Notes: generated from the sequence alone by a model not told the origin. Counted from the first letter of the stretch, positions 1-10,626 are shown. The stretch: DNA of 64,000 nt from Candidatus Nitrospinota bacterium M3_3B_026 (GCA_051418015.1 JBPRGF010000033.1:160001-224000); one strand, 5' to 3'. Translations and numbers: made by a program.

Positions 1-1
1 G

Positions 2-352
2 GAGAACATCCTGTCGTCGGAGTTTTTTTCCCCGATAATCCTGCGGGAGATAGCAAGCGGCGGGGCCAGCGCCCCCAAGGATATCCTGGAGCTGATGGGG
101 AAGATAATTTCCTCCGTGCGCTCCGTTCTTGCGGAGGGGGAGGCGGAGGGGCGTTTCCGCCGCGTGGATCCACTTGTTACGCATCTTATGATCGTGGGGG
201 GGCTGAACTTCCTGGCGGCGCGTTCCCACGTGTTCAGAAAGATAAAGTCCGAGGGGTTCATGGAGGGCGATCTTCCCGTGGAGCAGTCCGCCGGAGCGAT
301 CGCCCAGAGCGTCGCGGATATCATACTGGACGGCGTGAGGCGAAAAGGCTGA
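2..352 (+). CDS. TetR/AcrR-family regulator, C-terminal part (5' end lies outside the window)
   Basis: The frame is open from position 2 (ENILSSEFFSPIILREIASGG...GEAEGRFRRVDP...ILDGVRRKG), which is typical of a TetR C-terminal domain. It lies directly upstream of an MMPL transporter. Confidence 0.65.
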   Translation, partial: ENILSSEFFSPIILREIASGGASAPKDILELMGKIISSVRSVLAEGEAEGRFRRVDPLVTHLMIVGGLNFLAARSHVFRKIKSEGFMEGDLPVEQSAGAIAQSVADIILDGVRRKG

Positions 353-391
353 CCGCGGTCTTCGAGTTTCCCAAACATTGGAGTGTGGCTG

Positions 392-2842
392 ATGACCGAC
401 GTAAGAAAGAGGATAGAAAAAGGGTTCGAGTCCTTTACAAGGCTGGTGTTCCGGAACAGGTGGAAGACGGTTTTGATCATAGCTCTTTTTGTCGCCGCCA
501 TCGTCTCCAACCTGTCGAAGATCACCATAGACACCTCCACCGAGGGCTTTTTGCATGAGAGCGACCCCGCCCTGGTGGTTTACAACGAGTTCCGCGACCA
601 GTTCGGCCGGGACGAGATGGTCATAGTCGCCCTCAACCCGGAGAACGTCTTCGACATCGCTTTTTTGAAAAAGCTTCGCGATCTGCACTATGAGCTCAAG
701 GAAAAGGTCCCCCACCTGGACGACATCACCAGCATGGTCAACGCCCGGAACACGTTAGGGAAAGGGAACGAGCTTATCGTCGAGGACCTGCTGGAGAATT
801 TCCCTGAAACCGGGGAGGACCTGGCGGTTCTCAGGGAGCGTGTGCTATCCAACCCCATCTACGAGAACATGCTCATATCCGAGGATGGGACCTTCACCAC
901 CATCGCCATAAAGACGAACGCCTATTCCTCCGCCGGGGCCGTGGAGGACGCCCTCTCCGGGTTCGAGGATTTCGAGGGCGGCGCGGAGGAGGAAAAGGCC
1001 CCGGCCGAGCGGAAGTTTTTGACCGACGAGGAAAACAGCGAAGTGGTGGAGGCCGTCCGCGAGATCGTGGAGAAGTACGAGGGGCCGGACTTCCCCGCCT
1101 ACATAGCAGGCTCCCCGGTGGTGTCCAACGACCTGAAGCGCTCCATGCAAAAGGACATGCGCCGCTTCATGCTGATGGCCGTTACCACAATAGCGATCTT
1201 CCTGTACATCATGTTCCGCCGGATATCGGGCGTGGTCCTGCCGCTGGTGGTGGTGCTCCTGACGCTTTTTTCCGCCATCGGGGCGATGGGCTTCTTCGGC
1301 GTTCCCCTGAAGATGCCCACGCAGATACTTCCCTCCTTCCTCATGGCCGTGTGCGTGGGAGCGACGGTGCACGTTATGGCAATTTTCTACTACCGGCTGC
1401 ATAACGGATACAGCAAGGAGGATTCCATCGTCTACGCCATGGGCCATTCCGGCCTGCCGATCGTCATGACCAGCCTGACGACCGCGGCGGGCCTGGCCTC
1501 ATTTTCCACGGCGGAGGTGGCGCCTATCGCCGACCTGGGAAAATTCGCGAGCCTGGGAGTGCTGCTCGGGCTTGTCTACACGATTGTTCTTCTCCCGGCG
1601 CTTATCGCCTTCACCCCCTTCGTGAAAAAGGAGACGCCCGCCCACGAGGCCAAGAGGGAAAAGATGGACGGGATGTTGACGAGGGTGGCGGACTTTTCCA
1701 CGGGGCATCCTGTCTCCATAACGGCCGTGAGCGCGGTTCTCATTGTCGCGTTGCTGGCCTTCGCTTCCACGGTCCGTTTCTCCCACAATCCCCTCAAGTG
1801 GTTCCCGGAAGAGAGCCAGGTCAGGCAGACCACCACCCTTATCGATCACAAGATGAAGGGGACCGTGACGCTGGAGGTCATAACGGACACGGGAGGGGAG
1901 AACAGGCTCTACGAGCCCGAGATCCTCAAGGGCCTGGACGGGCTGGCCACGGAGATAGAAAAGATAAAGACGGATGGGCTTTTCGTGGGGAAAGCCTTCT
2001 CGGTGGCGGATATTTTAAAAGAGATTAACAGGGCGCTTAACGAGAACCGCCAGGAGTTTTACAGGATTCCCGACGACAGGCGGCTTATCGCCCAGGAGTT
2101 TTTGTTGTTCGAAAACTCCGGCTCCGACGACCTGGAGGACGTGGTGGACAGCCAGTTCTCGTTGTCGCGGTTCACCGTCAAGGCGCCGTGGCTGGACGCC
2201 ATCGAGTACGCGGAGTTCATAGACGACGTAAAATCCCGGTTCGACGAGAGGCTGGGGCAGGACGTGGAGAAGATCACCATCACCGGCATGATCCCCATAC
2301 TCTCCAAGACCCTCTTCGCCGCCATGAAAAGCGCGGCGGTAAGCTACGTCATCGCCGGCGCGGTGATAACCTTCATGATGATGATACTGATAGGAAGCGT
2401 CCGGGTGGGGCTTTTGAGCATGATCCCGAACCTTCTGCCGATAATCATGGCCATCGGCGTCATGGGAGTCTTCAACATGCCGATGGACATGTTCACCATG
2501 CTCATAGGCTCCATCGCCATCGGCCTGGCCGTGGACGACACGGTCCACTTCATGCACAACTTCCGCCGCTACTACCACGAGACCCACGATGCCCGTGAGG
2601 CGACGCGAAGGACCCTGACCACCACCGGCAGGGCCATGCTGGCCACCACCGTGGTGCTCTCGACCGGGTTTTTCATATTCATGTTCGCCACCATGAACAA
2701 CCTTTTCAACTTCGGACTGCTGACGGGGCTGGCGATCGTAACTGCGCTGCTGGCGGACTTTCTGCTCGCGCCGGCCCTGATGACGCTGATGGCCAGGAGC
2801 CGGGGGACGGTCCTGGCCTACATCGACAAGGGAGAGGATTGA
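392..2842 (+). CDS. MMPL/RND-superfamily transporter
   Basis: Two repeats of a periplasmic domain plus TM bundle, with motifs TSLTTAAGLASF and IGLAVDDTVHF. GGAG at 380-383 precedes ATG 392; the ORF track starts at GTG 383. Confidence 0.9.
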   Translation: MTDVRKRIEKGFESFTRLVFRNRWKTVLIIALFVAAIVSNLSKITIDTSTEGFLHESDPALVVYNEFRDQFGRDEMVIVALNPENVFDIAFLKKLRDLHYELKEKVPHLDDITSMVNARNTLGKGNELIVEDLLENFPETGEDLAVLRERVLSNPIYENMLISEDGTFTTIAIKTNAYSSAGAVEDALSGFEDFEGGAEEEKAPAERKFLTDEENSEVVEAVREIVEKYEGPDFPAYIAGSPVVSNDLKRSMQKDMRRFMLMAVTTIAIFLYIMFRRISGVVLPLVVVLLTLFSAIGAMGFFGVPLKMPTQILPSFLMAVCVGATVHVMAIFYYRLHNGYSKEDSIVYAMGHSGLPIVMTSLTTAAGLASFSTAEVAPIADLGKFASLGVLLGLVYTIVLLPALIAFTPFVKKETPAHEAKREKMDGMLTRVADFSTGHPVSITAVSAVLIVALLAFASTVRFSHNPLKWFPEESQVRQTTTLIDHKMKGTVTLEVITDTGGENRLYEPEILKGLDGLATEIEKIKTDGLFVGKAFSVADILKEINRALNENRQEFYRIPDDRRLIAQEFLLFENSGSDDLEDVVDSQFSLSRFTVKAPWLDAIEYAEFIDDVKSRFDERLGQDVEKITITGMIPILSKTLFAAMKSAAVSYVIAGAVITFMMMILIGSVRVGLLSMIPNLLPIIMAIGVMGVFNMPMDMFTMLIGSIAIGLAVDDTVHFMHNFRRYYHETHDAREATRRTLTTTGRAMLATTVVLSTGFFIFMFATMNNLFNFGLLTGLAIVTALLADFLLAPALMTLMARSRGTVLAYIDKGED

Positions 2843-2861
2843 GATGCGCGAGGAGGCTCTT

Positions 2862-3686
2862 ATGACGCTTGAAAAAGTTTACACGGCGGCTTTCCGGGCG
2901 GCCGCTCTCGGCGCCGTCATCCTGGCGGCGGGCGCGGGGCCCGCGATGGCGGACGACGACCCGAAAGCCAGGGCGATCATGGAAAAAGTGGATGCCCGCG
3001 ACGACGGCGACAACATGACCTCCGGGATGGAGATGATCCTCATCGACAAGAACGGAGAGACGAGGACGCGCAAGCTACGCTCCTTCATTAAAGACTTCGG
3101 GGAGGACACCTACAGGCTCCTTTTCTTCCTGGAGCCCGCCGACGTCAAGAACACGGGTTTTCTGACATACGATTACGACGACCCGGACAAGGACGACGAC
3201 CAGTGGCTATACCTGCCCGCCCTGCGCAAGACGAAAAGGATCGCCACCTCCGACAAGAGCGGCAGCTTCATGGGGTCGGATTTCACCTATTCGGACATGT
3301 CCTCGCGCGACATAGAGGACTACGACTTCAAGCTCCTGAAGGAGGACGAGGTGAAGGGGCACAAGGTGTGGCTCATCCAGTCCACGCCGCGGTCCAAGAA
3401 GGTCATCGACGAGACCGGCTATGAAAAATCCGTCGTCTTCATCCGGCAGGACAACCACGTCGTCGTCCGCGCCGTCCACTGGACGGAGGACAACAAGCTG
3501 AAGTATTTCGACGTCAAGGAGCTTGAGTTGATCGACGGCATATGGGTGGCGATGGAGATGACCATGACCACGAAGATGGGGAAAACAACCATCCATAAGA
3601 CCATCCTCAGAAACAATGACGTGAAGTTCAACCAGAGCCTGGACGAGGACATCTTCACCATCCGCAGGCTGGAGAAAGGGCTGTAA
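2862..3686 (+). CDS. LolA-like outer-membrane lipoprotein-sorting family protein
   Basis: Signal peptide and motif DDQWLYLPALRKTKRI...SFMGSDFTYSD. AGGAGG at 2851-2856 precedes ATG 2862. Confidence 0.85.
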   Translation: MTLEKVYTAAFRAAALGAVILAAGAGPAMADDDPKARAIMEKVDARDDGDNMTSGMEMILIDKNGETRTRKLRSFIKDFGEDTYRLLFFLEPADVKNTGFLTYDYDDPDKDDDQWLYLPALRKTKRIATSDKSGSFMGSDFTYSDMSSRDIEDYDFKLLKEDEVKGHKVWLIQSTPRSKKVIDETGYEKSVVFIRQDNHVVVRAVHWTEDNKLKYFDVKELELIDGIWVAMEMTMTTKMGKTTIHKTILRNNDVKFNQSLDEDIFTIRRLEKGL

Positions 3687-3767
3687 AGGGGTGTTGGAGC
3701 CATCCAGGCGCCTTTCGCCGCGGAAGGGTTTTTCGAGGGGCCGAAGAACCCCGTTACGGGCCAGCGA

Positions 3768-3852
3768 TGTCATGCTGAGCCGAAGGCGAAGTATCCCGTT
3801 CGTCCATGCCAAGGCCGTGCGGGATTCTTCGGCCTTTGGCCTCAGAATGACA
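3768..3852 (-). repeat. TGTC-tagged palindromic REP-like repeat, family 1, copy 1
   Basis: TGTCATGCTGAG...CTCAGAATGACA with terminal inverted repeats. Its reverse complement aligns by eye with the copies at 34066 and 59224. Confidence 0.8.
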
Positions 3853-5355
3853 ACGGATGACGGCCGCGGGATTCTCCGCGGCTTCCCAAAAGCGCTGCCC
3901 GCGGCGTTCGCCGCGCTTATCCTGATCGCCGCGCCCGGGGCCATGGCGCAGAACGAAAAGAGTCTGGACGCCGTCCTGGAGGGTTTTGAAGAAGACAAAC
4001 CCGAGCCGTCCGAAAAGACTCCGCCCGGGTTGGAGGACGTTCTTGGCGGGTTCGACGAGGGCGCGCTGGCCCCGGAGACGGCCGGGGAGGCTGAAGAGGC
4101 AGCGGCCAGGTCAGCCTTTGACCTTGGCGGCGCCATGACCTTCTCGTCGTCTTATAACTACTCCCACGGCGCGCCATCGGAAGGGGAGACGGACTGGCGG
4201 GGGCTGTCCCGCCTGCGCTCCGAGATACAGCTCGACCTGGACGTGGACATCGCTCCGGAGTGGCGCGCTTTTATCAGCGGCAGGGTATTCCACGACGCCG
4301 TGTATTCCCTGCGGGGAGTGGATAACTACACCGGCGATGTCCTGAGGACGTATGAGAAGGAAGGGGAGCTTCGCGACGTCTACATCCAGGGCTCGCTTAT
4401 GAAGAGCCTGGACATAAAGATCGGCAGACAGATTGTCGTCTGGGGCAGGTCCGACAACATCCGCGTCACCGACGTTCTAAACCCCATGGACAGCCGCGAG
4501 CCGGGGATGGTGGACATAGAGGACCTGCGCCTGCCGGTGAACATGACGAAGCTGGACTACTACGCCGGGCCATGGAACCTGGCGCTCATCGCCGTCCACG
4601 AGATCAGGTTCGACAAGCTCCCCGCTTACGGGTCGGATTTTTATTCCTTTCCCTTCCCCTGGCCGCCGGAGGAGACGCCCGTCGAAAGTCTCGGGAACAC
4701 CCAGTACGCCGCCGAGCTTACGGGGGTTTTTCCGGGGTGGGATGTCTCCTTCTACTGGGCGCGGTATTTCGAGGATCAGCCGACGATAGAGCGGGATGAG
4801 TCCGCCCCCCCAGGGCCCGGCCCCATGGGCCTGCCGCCGCTTATCAGGACGCACAGCCTACTCACGATGTACGGCGCCGCGGGCAACTTCGTGACGGGGC
4901 CGTGGCTTTTGAAGGCCGAGGCGGCGTTTGTCGACGGGCTGGAATTCTACAACGCGCCCGGCGAGAAAAGATCCAGGCTGGACATGCTGCTCGGCGTTGA
5001 GTACGCGGGCTTCAGCGAGACGATGCTGGGGCTGGACATCGTCAACAGGCGTCTTCTCGATTACGACCCGAAGCTCTATAAAATCCCCGACATGGTCAAG
5101 GAGGACACGTTCCAGGCCGCCTTCAGGTACCAGGGGGATTTCTGGCGGGACACTCTCCACGTCGTCGCCCTCGTCTCCATCCTCGGGAGGGAAGCTGAGG
5201 ATGGGGCGTTCGAGAGGTTTTCGGTGGAGTACGACATCCAGGACGCCCTCTCCGCCACCCTGGGGGTCATGGCCTACCACTCCGGGGAATCGCTCTTCTT
5301 CCGTAACATCGACGGCGCGGACCGCGTGTTCGCAAGCGTCAAGTACAGCTTCTAG
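3847..5355 (+). CDS. Outer-membrane beta-barrel protein (DUF1302-like); start uncertain (GTG 3691 or ATG 3847)
   Basis: Signal peptide (ALPAAFAALILIAAPGAMA), motif IKIGRQIVVWGRSD...DVLNP, C-terminal ..VKYSF barrel signature. This is the usual partner of MMPL plus LolA-like genes. Confidence 0.75.
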   Translation: MTTDDGRGILRGFPKALPAAFAALILIAAPGAMAQNEKSLDAVLEGFEEDKPEPSEKTPPGLEDVLGGFDEGALAPETAGEAEEAAARSAFDLGGAMTFSSSYNYSHGAPSEGETDWRGLSRLRSEIQLDLDVDIAPEWRAFISGRVFHDAVYSLRGVDNYTGDVLRTYEKEGELRDVYIQGSLMKSLDIKIGRQIVVWGRSDNIRVTDVLNPMDSREPGMVDIEDLRLPVNMTKLDYYAGPWNLALIAVHEIRFDKLPAYGSDFYSFPFPWPPEETPVESLGNTQYAAELTGVFPGWDVSFYWARYFEDQPTIERDESAPPGPGPMGLPPLIRTHSLLTMYGAAGNFVTGPWLLKAEAAFVDGLEFYNAPGEKRSRLDMLLGVEYAGFSETMLGLDIVNRRLLDYDPKLYKIPDMVKEDTFQAAFRYQGDFWRDTLHVVALVSILGREAEDGAFERFSVEYDIQDALSATLGVMAYHSGESLFFRNIDGADRVFASVKYSF

Positions 5356-5445
5356 CCCCGCGCCGCTACGCCGTCCGGGGATCATGGTGGAAAACAGGGG
5401 GATATCCATGCGCGCTGATGGATGTTGCGATATACTTCAAAAATC

Positions 5446-6720
5446 ATGTCATACGAATGGTTCATAAGCCTGCGGTACCTCAAGGCGAAGCGCCGGCAGA
5501 CCTTCATCTCGCTCATCACGTGGATATCCGTGGGCGGCGTGGCGGTGGGGGTGACGGCGCTGATCGTCGTGCTGGCGGTGATGACCGGCGCCCAGGAGGA
5601 CATAAGGAAAAAGATACTGGGCGCCAACTCCCACATCACCATAAGCCCCGCCGTGGATTCCGGCATCGGGCGCGCCTCCTCTCTCCTGGACAGGGTGGAG
5701 GGCGTGGAAGGCGTGGTGGCGGCGTCCCCTTTCGTGATGAACCAGGTGATGCTCACATCCCGGACGAAAGTCTCCGGCGTGGTGTTGCGGGGGGTGGACG
5801 TGAAGCGCTCGTTGAAATCGTCCGACCTCGGCGATTACATGGTGAAGGGGAAGGTCGCGCGTCTTGGCAGGGAGCACATCCGCGTCACCGTCGAGCCGGA
5901 CGACCTGGGGATAGAGGTGGAGAAACGCAGGCCGGGAATAATCCTCGGTTCGGAGCTTGCCTACAATCTGCGGGTGGACATGGACGACGTGGTCACGGTG
6001 GTGAGCCCCGCGGGCCACGTGACGCCCGTGGGGGCGGCGCCTGTGTCGAGGGAGTTTTACGTCGCGGGGATTTTCCGCTCCGGGATGTACGAGTACGACT
6101 CCGCCCTGGCTCTCATCTCCCTGGCCCAGGCGCAGTCCCTTTTCAACATGGGCGACAGGGTGAGCGGGATAGAGGTCAGGGTGGAGGACGTCTACGGAGC
6201 GCCGGAGGTGGCGGAGAAAATCCAGGAAAAGCTCGGCTACCGCTACGTAGTGAAGGACTGGAAAGAACTCAACCAGAACCTCTTTTTCGCCCTGGAGCTC
6301 GAGAAGACCGCCCTCGGCGTCATCCTGGCCCTGATAGTCTGCGTGGCGGCCTTCAACATAGTCTCCACCCTGATAATGGTGGTGATGGAGAAGAACAAGG
6401 AGATAGCCATCCTCAAGGCCATGGGCGCCCCACGATGGAGCATAATGCGCATATTCTTCCTGGAGGGGCTTATAATCGGACTGGCGGGCATAGTCATAGG
6501 CGACATCGGGGGGGTGGTTCTGTGCGAGCTTCTCGAAAGGTATCACTTTATCCGCCTGCCCCAGGACGTCTACAACCTGGAGACCCTCCCCGTCAAGATG
6601 AGGCTGGCGGACATTGTGATGGTCTCCGGCGCGGCCTTGATGATAACGATACTGGCGGCGATATACCCTTCGTGGAGCGCCTCCCGGCTGGATCCCGTGG
6701 AGGCGTTGAGATACGAATGA
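5446..6720 (+). CDS. lolE: Lipoprotein-releasing ABC transporter permease LolC/E
   Basis: MSYEWFISLRYLKAKRRQTFISLIT, VAAFNIVSTLIMVVMEK..EIAILKAMGA, and C-terminal LDPVEALRYE. Confidence 0.93.
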   Translation: MSYEWFISLRYLKAKRRQTFISLITWISVGGVAVGVTALIVVLAVMTGAQEDIRKKILGANSHITISPAVDSGIGRASSLLDRVEGVEGVVAASPFVMNQVMLTSRTKVSGVVLRGVDVKRSLKSSDLGDYMVKGKVARLGREHIRVTVEPDDLGIEVEKRRPGIILGSELAYNLRVDMDDVVTVVSPAGHVTPVGAAPVSREFYVAGIFRSGMYEYDSALALISLAQAQSLFNMGDRVSGIEVRVEDVYGAPEVAEKIQEKLGYRYVVKDWKELNQNLFFALELEKTALGVILALIVCVAAFNIVSTLIMVVMEKNKEIAILKAMGAPRWSIMRIFFLEGLIIGLAGIVIGDIGGVVLCELLERYHFIRLPQDVYNLETLPVKMRLADIVMVSGAALMITILAAIYPSWSASRLDPVEALRYE

Positions 6721-6748
6721 GCCGGCGCATGAAGACGGGAGCCGGGCC

Positions 6749-7336
6749 ATGACGCGCCCCGCCGAGGATTCGCACATACCGCGGAAGATTTTCCACGCCC
6801 TCGCGGGCTCCGTGATACCGGCTGTCTATTATATTGATGTCCTGCCCGCGCCCGTGGTGGTGTGGGGGGTCGCCGCGGTGGCGGGGGTGTGGATATCTTT
6901 CGATACGGCCAGGCTCTACAGCCCCGCGCTGAACGCCTTTTTCGGACGCCGTTTTTCGGCGTTGATGAAAAAAAAGGAGATGAGCTCTTACACCGGAGCG
7001 ACCCACATGCTCGCCGGCGCCGTTATCGCCATGATCCTGTTCAGCCAGCCGGTGGCGGTGACCGTGCTATTTTTCATCTCCCTGGGCGACCCGGCGGCGG
7101 CGATAGTGGGCCGGTCCGTGGGCAGGACCCGGATATACCGGGGCAGGACGCTGGAGGGCAGCGCCGCCATGTTCGCGGTATGCCTTCCGCTTGGATACTA
7201 TTTCGCCGGGGCCGGGTGGCCAGTGGCGTCGGTAGCGGCGCTGGTGGCGGCGCTGACGGAGCTTTACGCCGGTCCCGTGGACGACAACCTGACCGTCCCC
7301 ATCTTTTCCGGGGCGGCGTTGATGTCTTTGTCATGA
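6749..7336 (+). CDS. Dolichol/phytol/diacylglycerol kinase-like (CTP-dependent polyprenol kinase family) membrane protein
   Basis: Motifs RKIFH, LGDPAAAIVG, RTLEGS and DDNLTVP; hydrophobic throughout. Confidence 0.8.
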   Translation: MTRPAEDSHIPRKIFHALAGSVIPAVYYIDVLPAPVVVWGVAAVAGVWISFDTARLYSPALNAFFGRRFSALMKKKEMSSYTGATHMLAGAVIAMILFSQPVAVTVLFFISLGDPAAAIVGRSVGRTRIYRGRTLEGSAAMFAVCLPLGYYFAGAGWPVASVAALVAALTELYAGPVDDNLTVPIFSGAALMSLS

Positions 7337-8052
7337 GCGGGGAAATGAAAAAGGAGGCCCCGGAGCTTCTGAAGGTTGAGGGTCTCAAGCGGGAGTTTTT
7401 CATCGATCACCGCCGCATCGTGGTGCTGGACGGGATAGACCTCTCCGTTAGCCGTGGCGAGACTCTGGGCATAGTCGGCGCGTCCGGCGCGGGCAAGAGC
7501 ACATTTCTCAGCGTGGTTGGCGCCCTGGACAGGCCCACCTCCGGCAGGGTTCACCACAACGGCGTGGACATCTTCGCCATGAACGAGAGGAAGCTGGCCT
7601 CCTTCAGGGCGAAAAGGATAGGGTTCGTCTTCCAGGCGCATTACCTGATGCCGGAGTTCAACGCCGAGGAGAACGTGGCGCTGGCGGCGATGATAGCGGG
7701 CGCGAAGAGGGCCGAGGCCATGGACAGGGCCAGGTTTTTCCTGGGCAGGGTGGGGCTCTCGGAGCGGCTTTCCCACCGCCCGGGGAAGCTCTCCGGCGGG
7801 GAGCAGCAACGGGTGGCCATCGCCAGGGCGCTTGTCAACGAGCCGGACCTTATACTGGCGGACGAACCGACGGGCAACCTCGACACGAAGACCGGAGACG
7901 AGGTCTTCGACCTGTTGCTGGACCTGAACAGGGAGCGGGGGCAGACGTCGCTGATAGTGACCCACAACCCCTCCCTCGTGAAGAGGCTGTCGAGGGTTGT
8001 CAGGATCAGGGACGGCAAATTTGTTGACTCTCGCGATGATGTGCTAGAATGA
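7333..8052 (+). CDS. lolD: Lipoprotein-releasing ABC transporter ATPase LolD
   Basis: Walker A GASGAGKST, LSGGEQQRVAIARAL, ADEPTGNLD. ATGA overlap with the upstream stop. Confidence 0.9.
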   Translation: MSGEMKKEAPELLKVEGLKREFFIDHRRIVVLDGIDLSVSRGETLGIVGASGAGKSTFLSVVGALDRPTSGRVHHNGVDIFAMNERKLASFRAKRIGFVFQAHYLMPEFNAEENVALAAMIAGAKRAEAMDRARFFLGRVGLSERLSHRPGKLSGGEQQRVAIARALVNEPDLILADEPTGNLDTKTGDEVFDLLLDLNRERGQTSLIVTHNPSLVKRLSRVVRIRDGKFVDSRDDVLE

Positions 8053-8174
8053 ATTCGAAGGACGCATGGCGTTTTGTTTGCTCATCATGGCGCCCGGCGG
8101 CCTGTTTTTGAAAAGACTTATCAAGGCGCGCGTCTCGTCCGGCGCGGGCCGTGGAGGATAGAGGGAGTTGGCTC

Positions 8175-10607
8175 ATGTTTAAACGGTTTACTGAAAGAGC
8201 CAGGAAGGTAATAATCCTCGCCCGCGAGGAGGCGGAGAAAAACCAGCACGAGTATCTTGGCACGGAGCATCTGCTCCTCGGCGTGCTGAAAGACGCGGGC
8301 GGCGTGGCCATAGCCGTGCTCCAGCGCCTGGGGGTGGACCTTAAGCAGGTCCGCCTGGAGGTGGAGCGCAACCTGCCGGCAAGCTCCAACACCCTCATCA
8401 TAGGCGACATCCCCTTCACCAGCAGGGCCAAGAAGGTGCTGGAGTACTCCGTGGAGGAGGCCCGCTCCATGGGCCACAGCTACATCGGCACGGAGCACCT
8501 GCTGCTCGGCCTTGTGCGCGAGAAGGACGGCGTCGGCGCGAGGGTGCTGAACAACCTTGGGATCACCTACGCAGACATCCGCGAGCAGACGATAAATCTG
8601 TTGCGAGAGCCCGCGGCGGCCCAGGAGAAACAGCAGAGCAAGACCCCCGCCCTGGACGAATTCGGGCGCGACCTCACCGAGATGGCCATCAAGGACAAGC
8701 TCGACCCGGTGATCGGCCGCGACAAGGAGATCGAGCGGGTCATCCAGATACTGGCCCGCAGGACGAAGAACAACCCCGTGCTGATAGGCGAGCCCGGCGT
8801 GGGCAAGACCGCCATCGTTGAGGGGATGGCCCAGCGGATCGTCACCCGCGAGGTGCCCCAGCTCCTTTACGACAAGAGAGTCATCAGCCTGGACCTCGGC
8901 GCGGTGATCGCTGGGACGAAATACCGCGGCCAGTTCGAGCAGCGGATAAAGGCCATCATGAAGGAGATCACCCAGGCCTCGAACGTGATCCTTTTCATAG
9001 ACGAGATTCACACCCTCGTCGGCGCCGGGGCGGCCGAAGGGAGCGTGGACGCCTCCAACATGCTTAAGCCCGCCCTGTCCCGGGGCGAGATACAGTGCAT
9101 CGGGGCCACCACGCTGGACGAGTACCGCAAGTACATAGAGAAAAACGGAGCCCTGGAGCGCAGGTTCCAGCCGATCATAGTGCAGCCTCCGGGCGTTGAT
9201 GAGACCATCTCCATCATCCGCGGGCTGAAGCCGGAGTACGAGTCGCACCACAAGGCCATAATCACCGACGAGGCCATCCTGGCCGCCGTCCGCATGTCCG
9301 ACAGGTACATACCGGACAGGTACCTGCCCGACAAAGCGATCGACGTGATCGACGAGGCGGGCAGCCGCGTCCACCTGCGTAAGGTGACCTTCCCGCCGGA
9401 TATCCGCGAGCTTCAGCAGAAGATCGACGAGATCGTGGCGGAGAAGAAGGAGAAGATAGAGAAACAGGAGTTCGAGATGGCCGTGGAGCTTCGCGACAAG
9501 GAGGAGGCGTTGCGGCTGGAGCTGGACAGGATGCGCGACGAGTGGGAGGAGAAGCAGGACAAGGCCCGCCCAATCGTCGGCGAGGACGACATAGCCTACG
9601 TTGTCTCCTCCATCACCGGGATACCGCTGAACCGGATCGAAAAGGAGGAGTCGCAGAAGTTGCAGGCGATGGCCGGCGAGCTGAAAAAGAAAATATTCGG
9701 CCAGGACGAGGCGATCGAAGCCGTATGCAAGGCGATCCGGCGGTCGCGCATGGGGCTGAAAGAGCTGAACAGGCCGATGGGCGTCTTCCTGTTCCTCGGC
9801 CCCACCGGCGTGGGCAAGACGGAGCTTGCCAACGTCCTGGCGGAGTACCTGTTCGGCGAGCGGCAGGCGCTGATACGGCTGGACATGAGCGAGTACATGG
9901 AGAAGTTCGCCGCGTCCAAGCTCGTCGGCGCGCCTCCTGGCTACGTGGGATACGAGGAGGGCGGCCAGTTGACGGAGCGGATCAGGCGCCGCCCCTACGC
10001 CGTGGTTCTGCTCGACGAGATCGAGAAAGCCCACACGGACATTTTCCATATGCTGTTGCAGATCATGGATGACGGCAGGCTGACGGACAGCTACGGCAGG
10101 AGCGTCAGCTTCAAGAACGCCATCCTGATAATGACCTCCAACCTGTCGGCCAGGATCGTCGAGAAGGGCGCCACCATCGGCTTCCAGCCGAGCGACGAGG
10201 AACAGGCCCAGAAGAAGATGAGCGACGGCATCAAGGCCGAGTTGCGCAGGACGTTCAACCCGGAGTTCCTGAACCGGATCGACGAGACCGTCACCTTCCG
10301 CAAGCTCGACAGGGAGAACCTGTCGAAGATAGTGGACCTGCAGCTCGAGGAGCTCAAGGTGCGCCTCGCCGAGGAGGGCATCGGAATGGAGATCACTCCG
10401 GAGGCCCGGGAGCACATCATCGACGAGGGATACGACCCGGTCTACGGGGCCAGGCCGCTGAAGCGCTCGATCCAGCGGCTCATCGAGGATCCCCTGTCCG
10501 AGGAGATGCTTTTCGGCCGGTTCAAGCGCGGCTCCGTCGTTCTCGTGAAGCTGGAAGGCGGCCGGCTGGAGTTCATAGAGAAAAATTCGGTAGCCGAGAG
10601 CATCTAA
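8175..10607 (+). CDS. clpC: ATP-dependent Clp protease ATP-binding subunit ClpC
   Basis: Double Clp-N repeats ([12 protein letters not shown]), two AAA modules ([16 protein letters not shown]) and a UVR-like middle domain. Confidence 0.93.
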   Translation: MFKRFTERARKVIILAREEAEKNQHEYLGTEHLLLGVLKDAGGVAIAVLQRLGVDLKQVRLEVERNLPASSNTLIIGDIPFTSRAKKVLEYSVEEARSMGHSYIGTEHLLLGLVREKDGVGARVLNNLGITYADIREQTINLLREPAAAQEKQQSKTPALDEFGRDLTEMAIKDKLDPVIGRDKEIERVIQILARRTKNNPVLIGEPGVGKTAIVEGMAQRIVTREVPQLLYDKRVISLDLGAVIAGTKYRGQFEQRIKAIMKEITQASNVILFIDEIHTLVGAGAAEGSVDASNMLKPALSRGEIQCIGATTLDEYRKYIEKNGALERRFQPIIVQPPGVDETISIIRGLKPEYESHHKAIITDEAILAAVRMSDRYIPDRYLPDKAIDVIDEAGSRVHLRKVTFPPDIRELQQKIDEIVAEKKEKIEKQEFEMAVELRDKEEALRLELDRMRDEWEEKQDKARPIVGEDDIAYVVSSITGIPLNRIEKEESQKLQAMAGELKKKIFGQDEAIEAVCKAIRRSRMGLKELNRPMGVFLFLGPTGVGKTELANVLAEYLFGERQALIRLDMSEYMEKFAASKLVGAPPGYVGYEEGGQLTERIRRRPYAVVLLDEIEKAHTDIFHMLLQIMDDGRLTDSYGRSVSFKNAILIMTSNLSARIVEKGATIGFQPSDEEQAQKKMSDGIKAELRRTFNPEFLNRIDETVTFRKLDRENLSKIVDLQLEELKVRLAEEGIGMEITPEAREHIIDEGYDPVYGARPLKRSIQRLIEDPLSEEMLFGRFKRGSVVLVKLEGGRLEFIEKNSVAESI

Positions 10608-10626
10608 AAGGCCCGACCTCCGCTAG

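Noticed and set aside
8121..10415. 764-aa minus-strand ORF, and similar long antisense ORFs (21243-23882, 37202-39100, 46915-48948, 54469-56271, 59298-61997)
   Set aside because: These are antisense shadows of well-supported genes, expected from high-GC codon bias, and carry no recognisable motifs.
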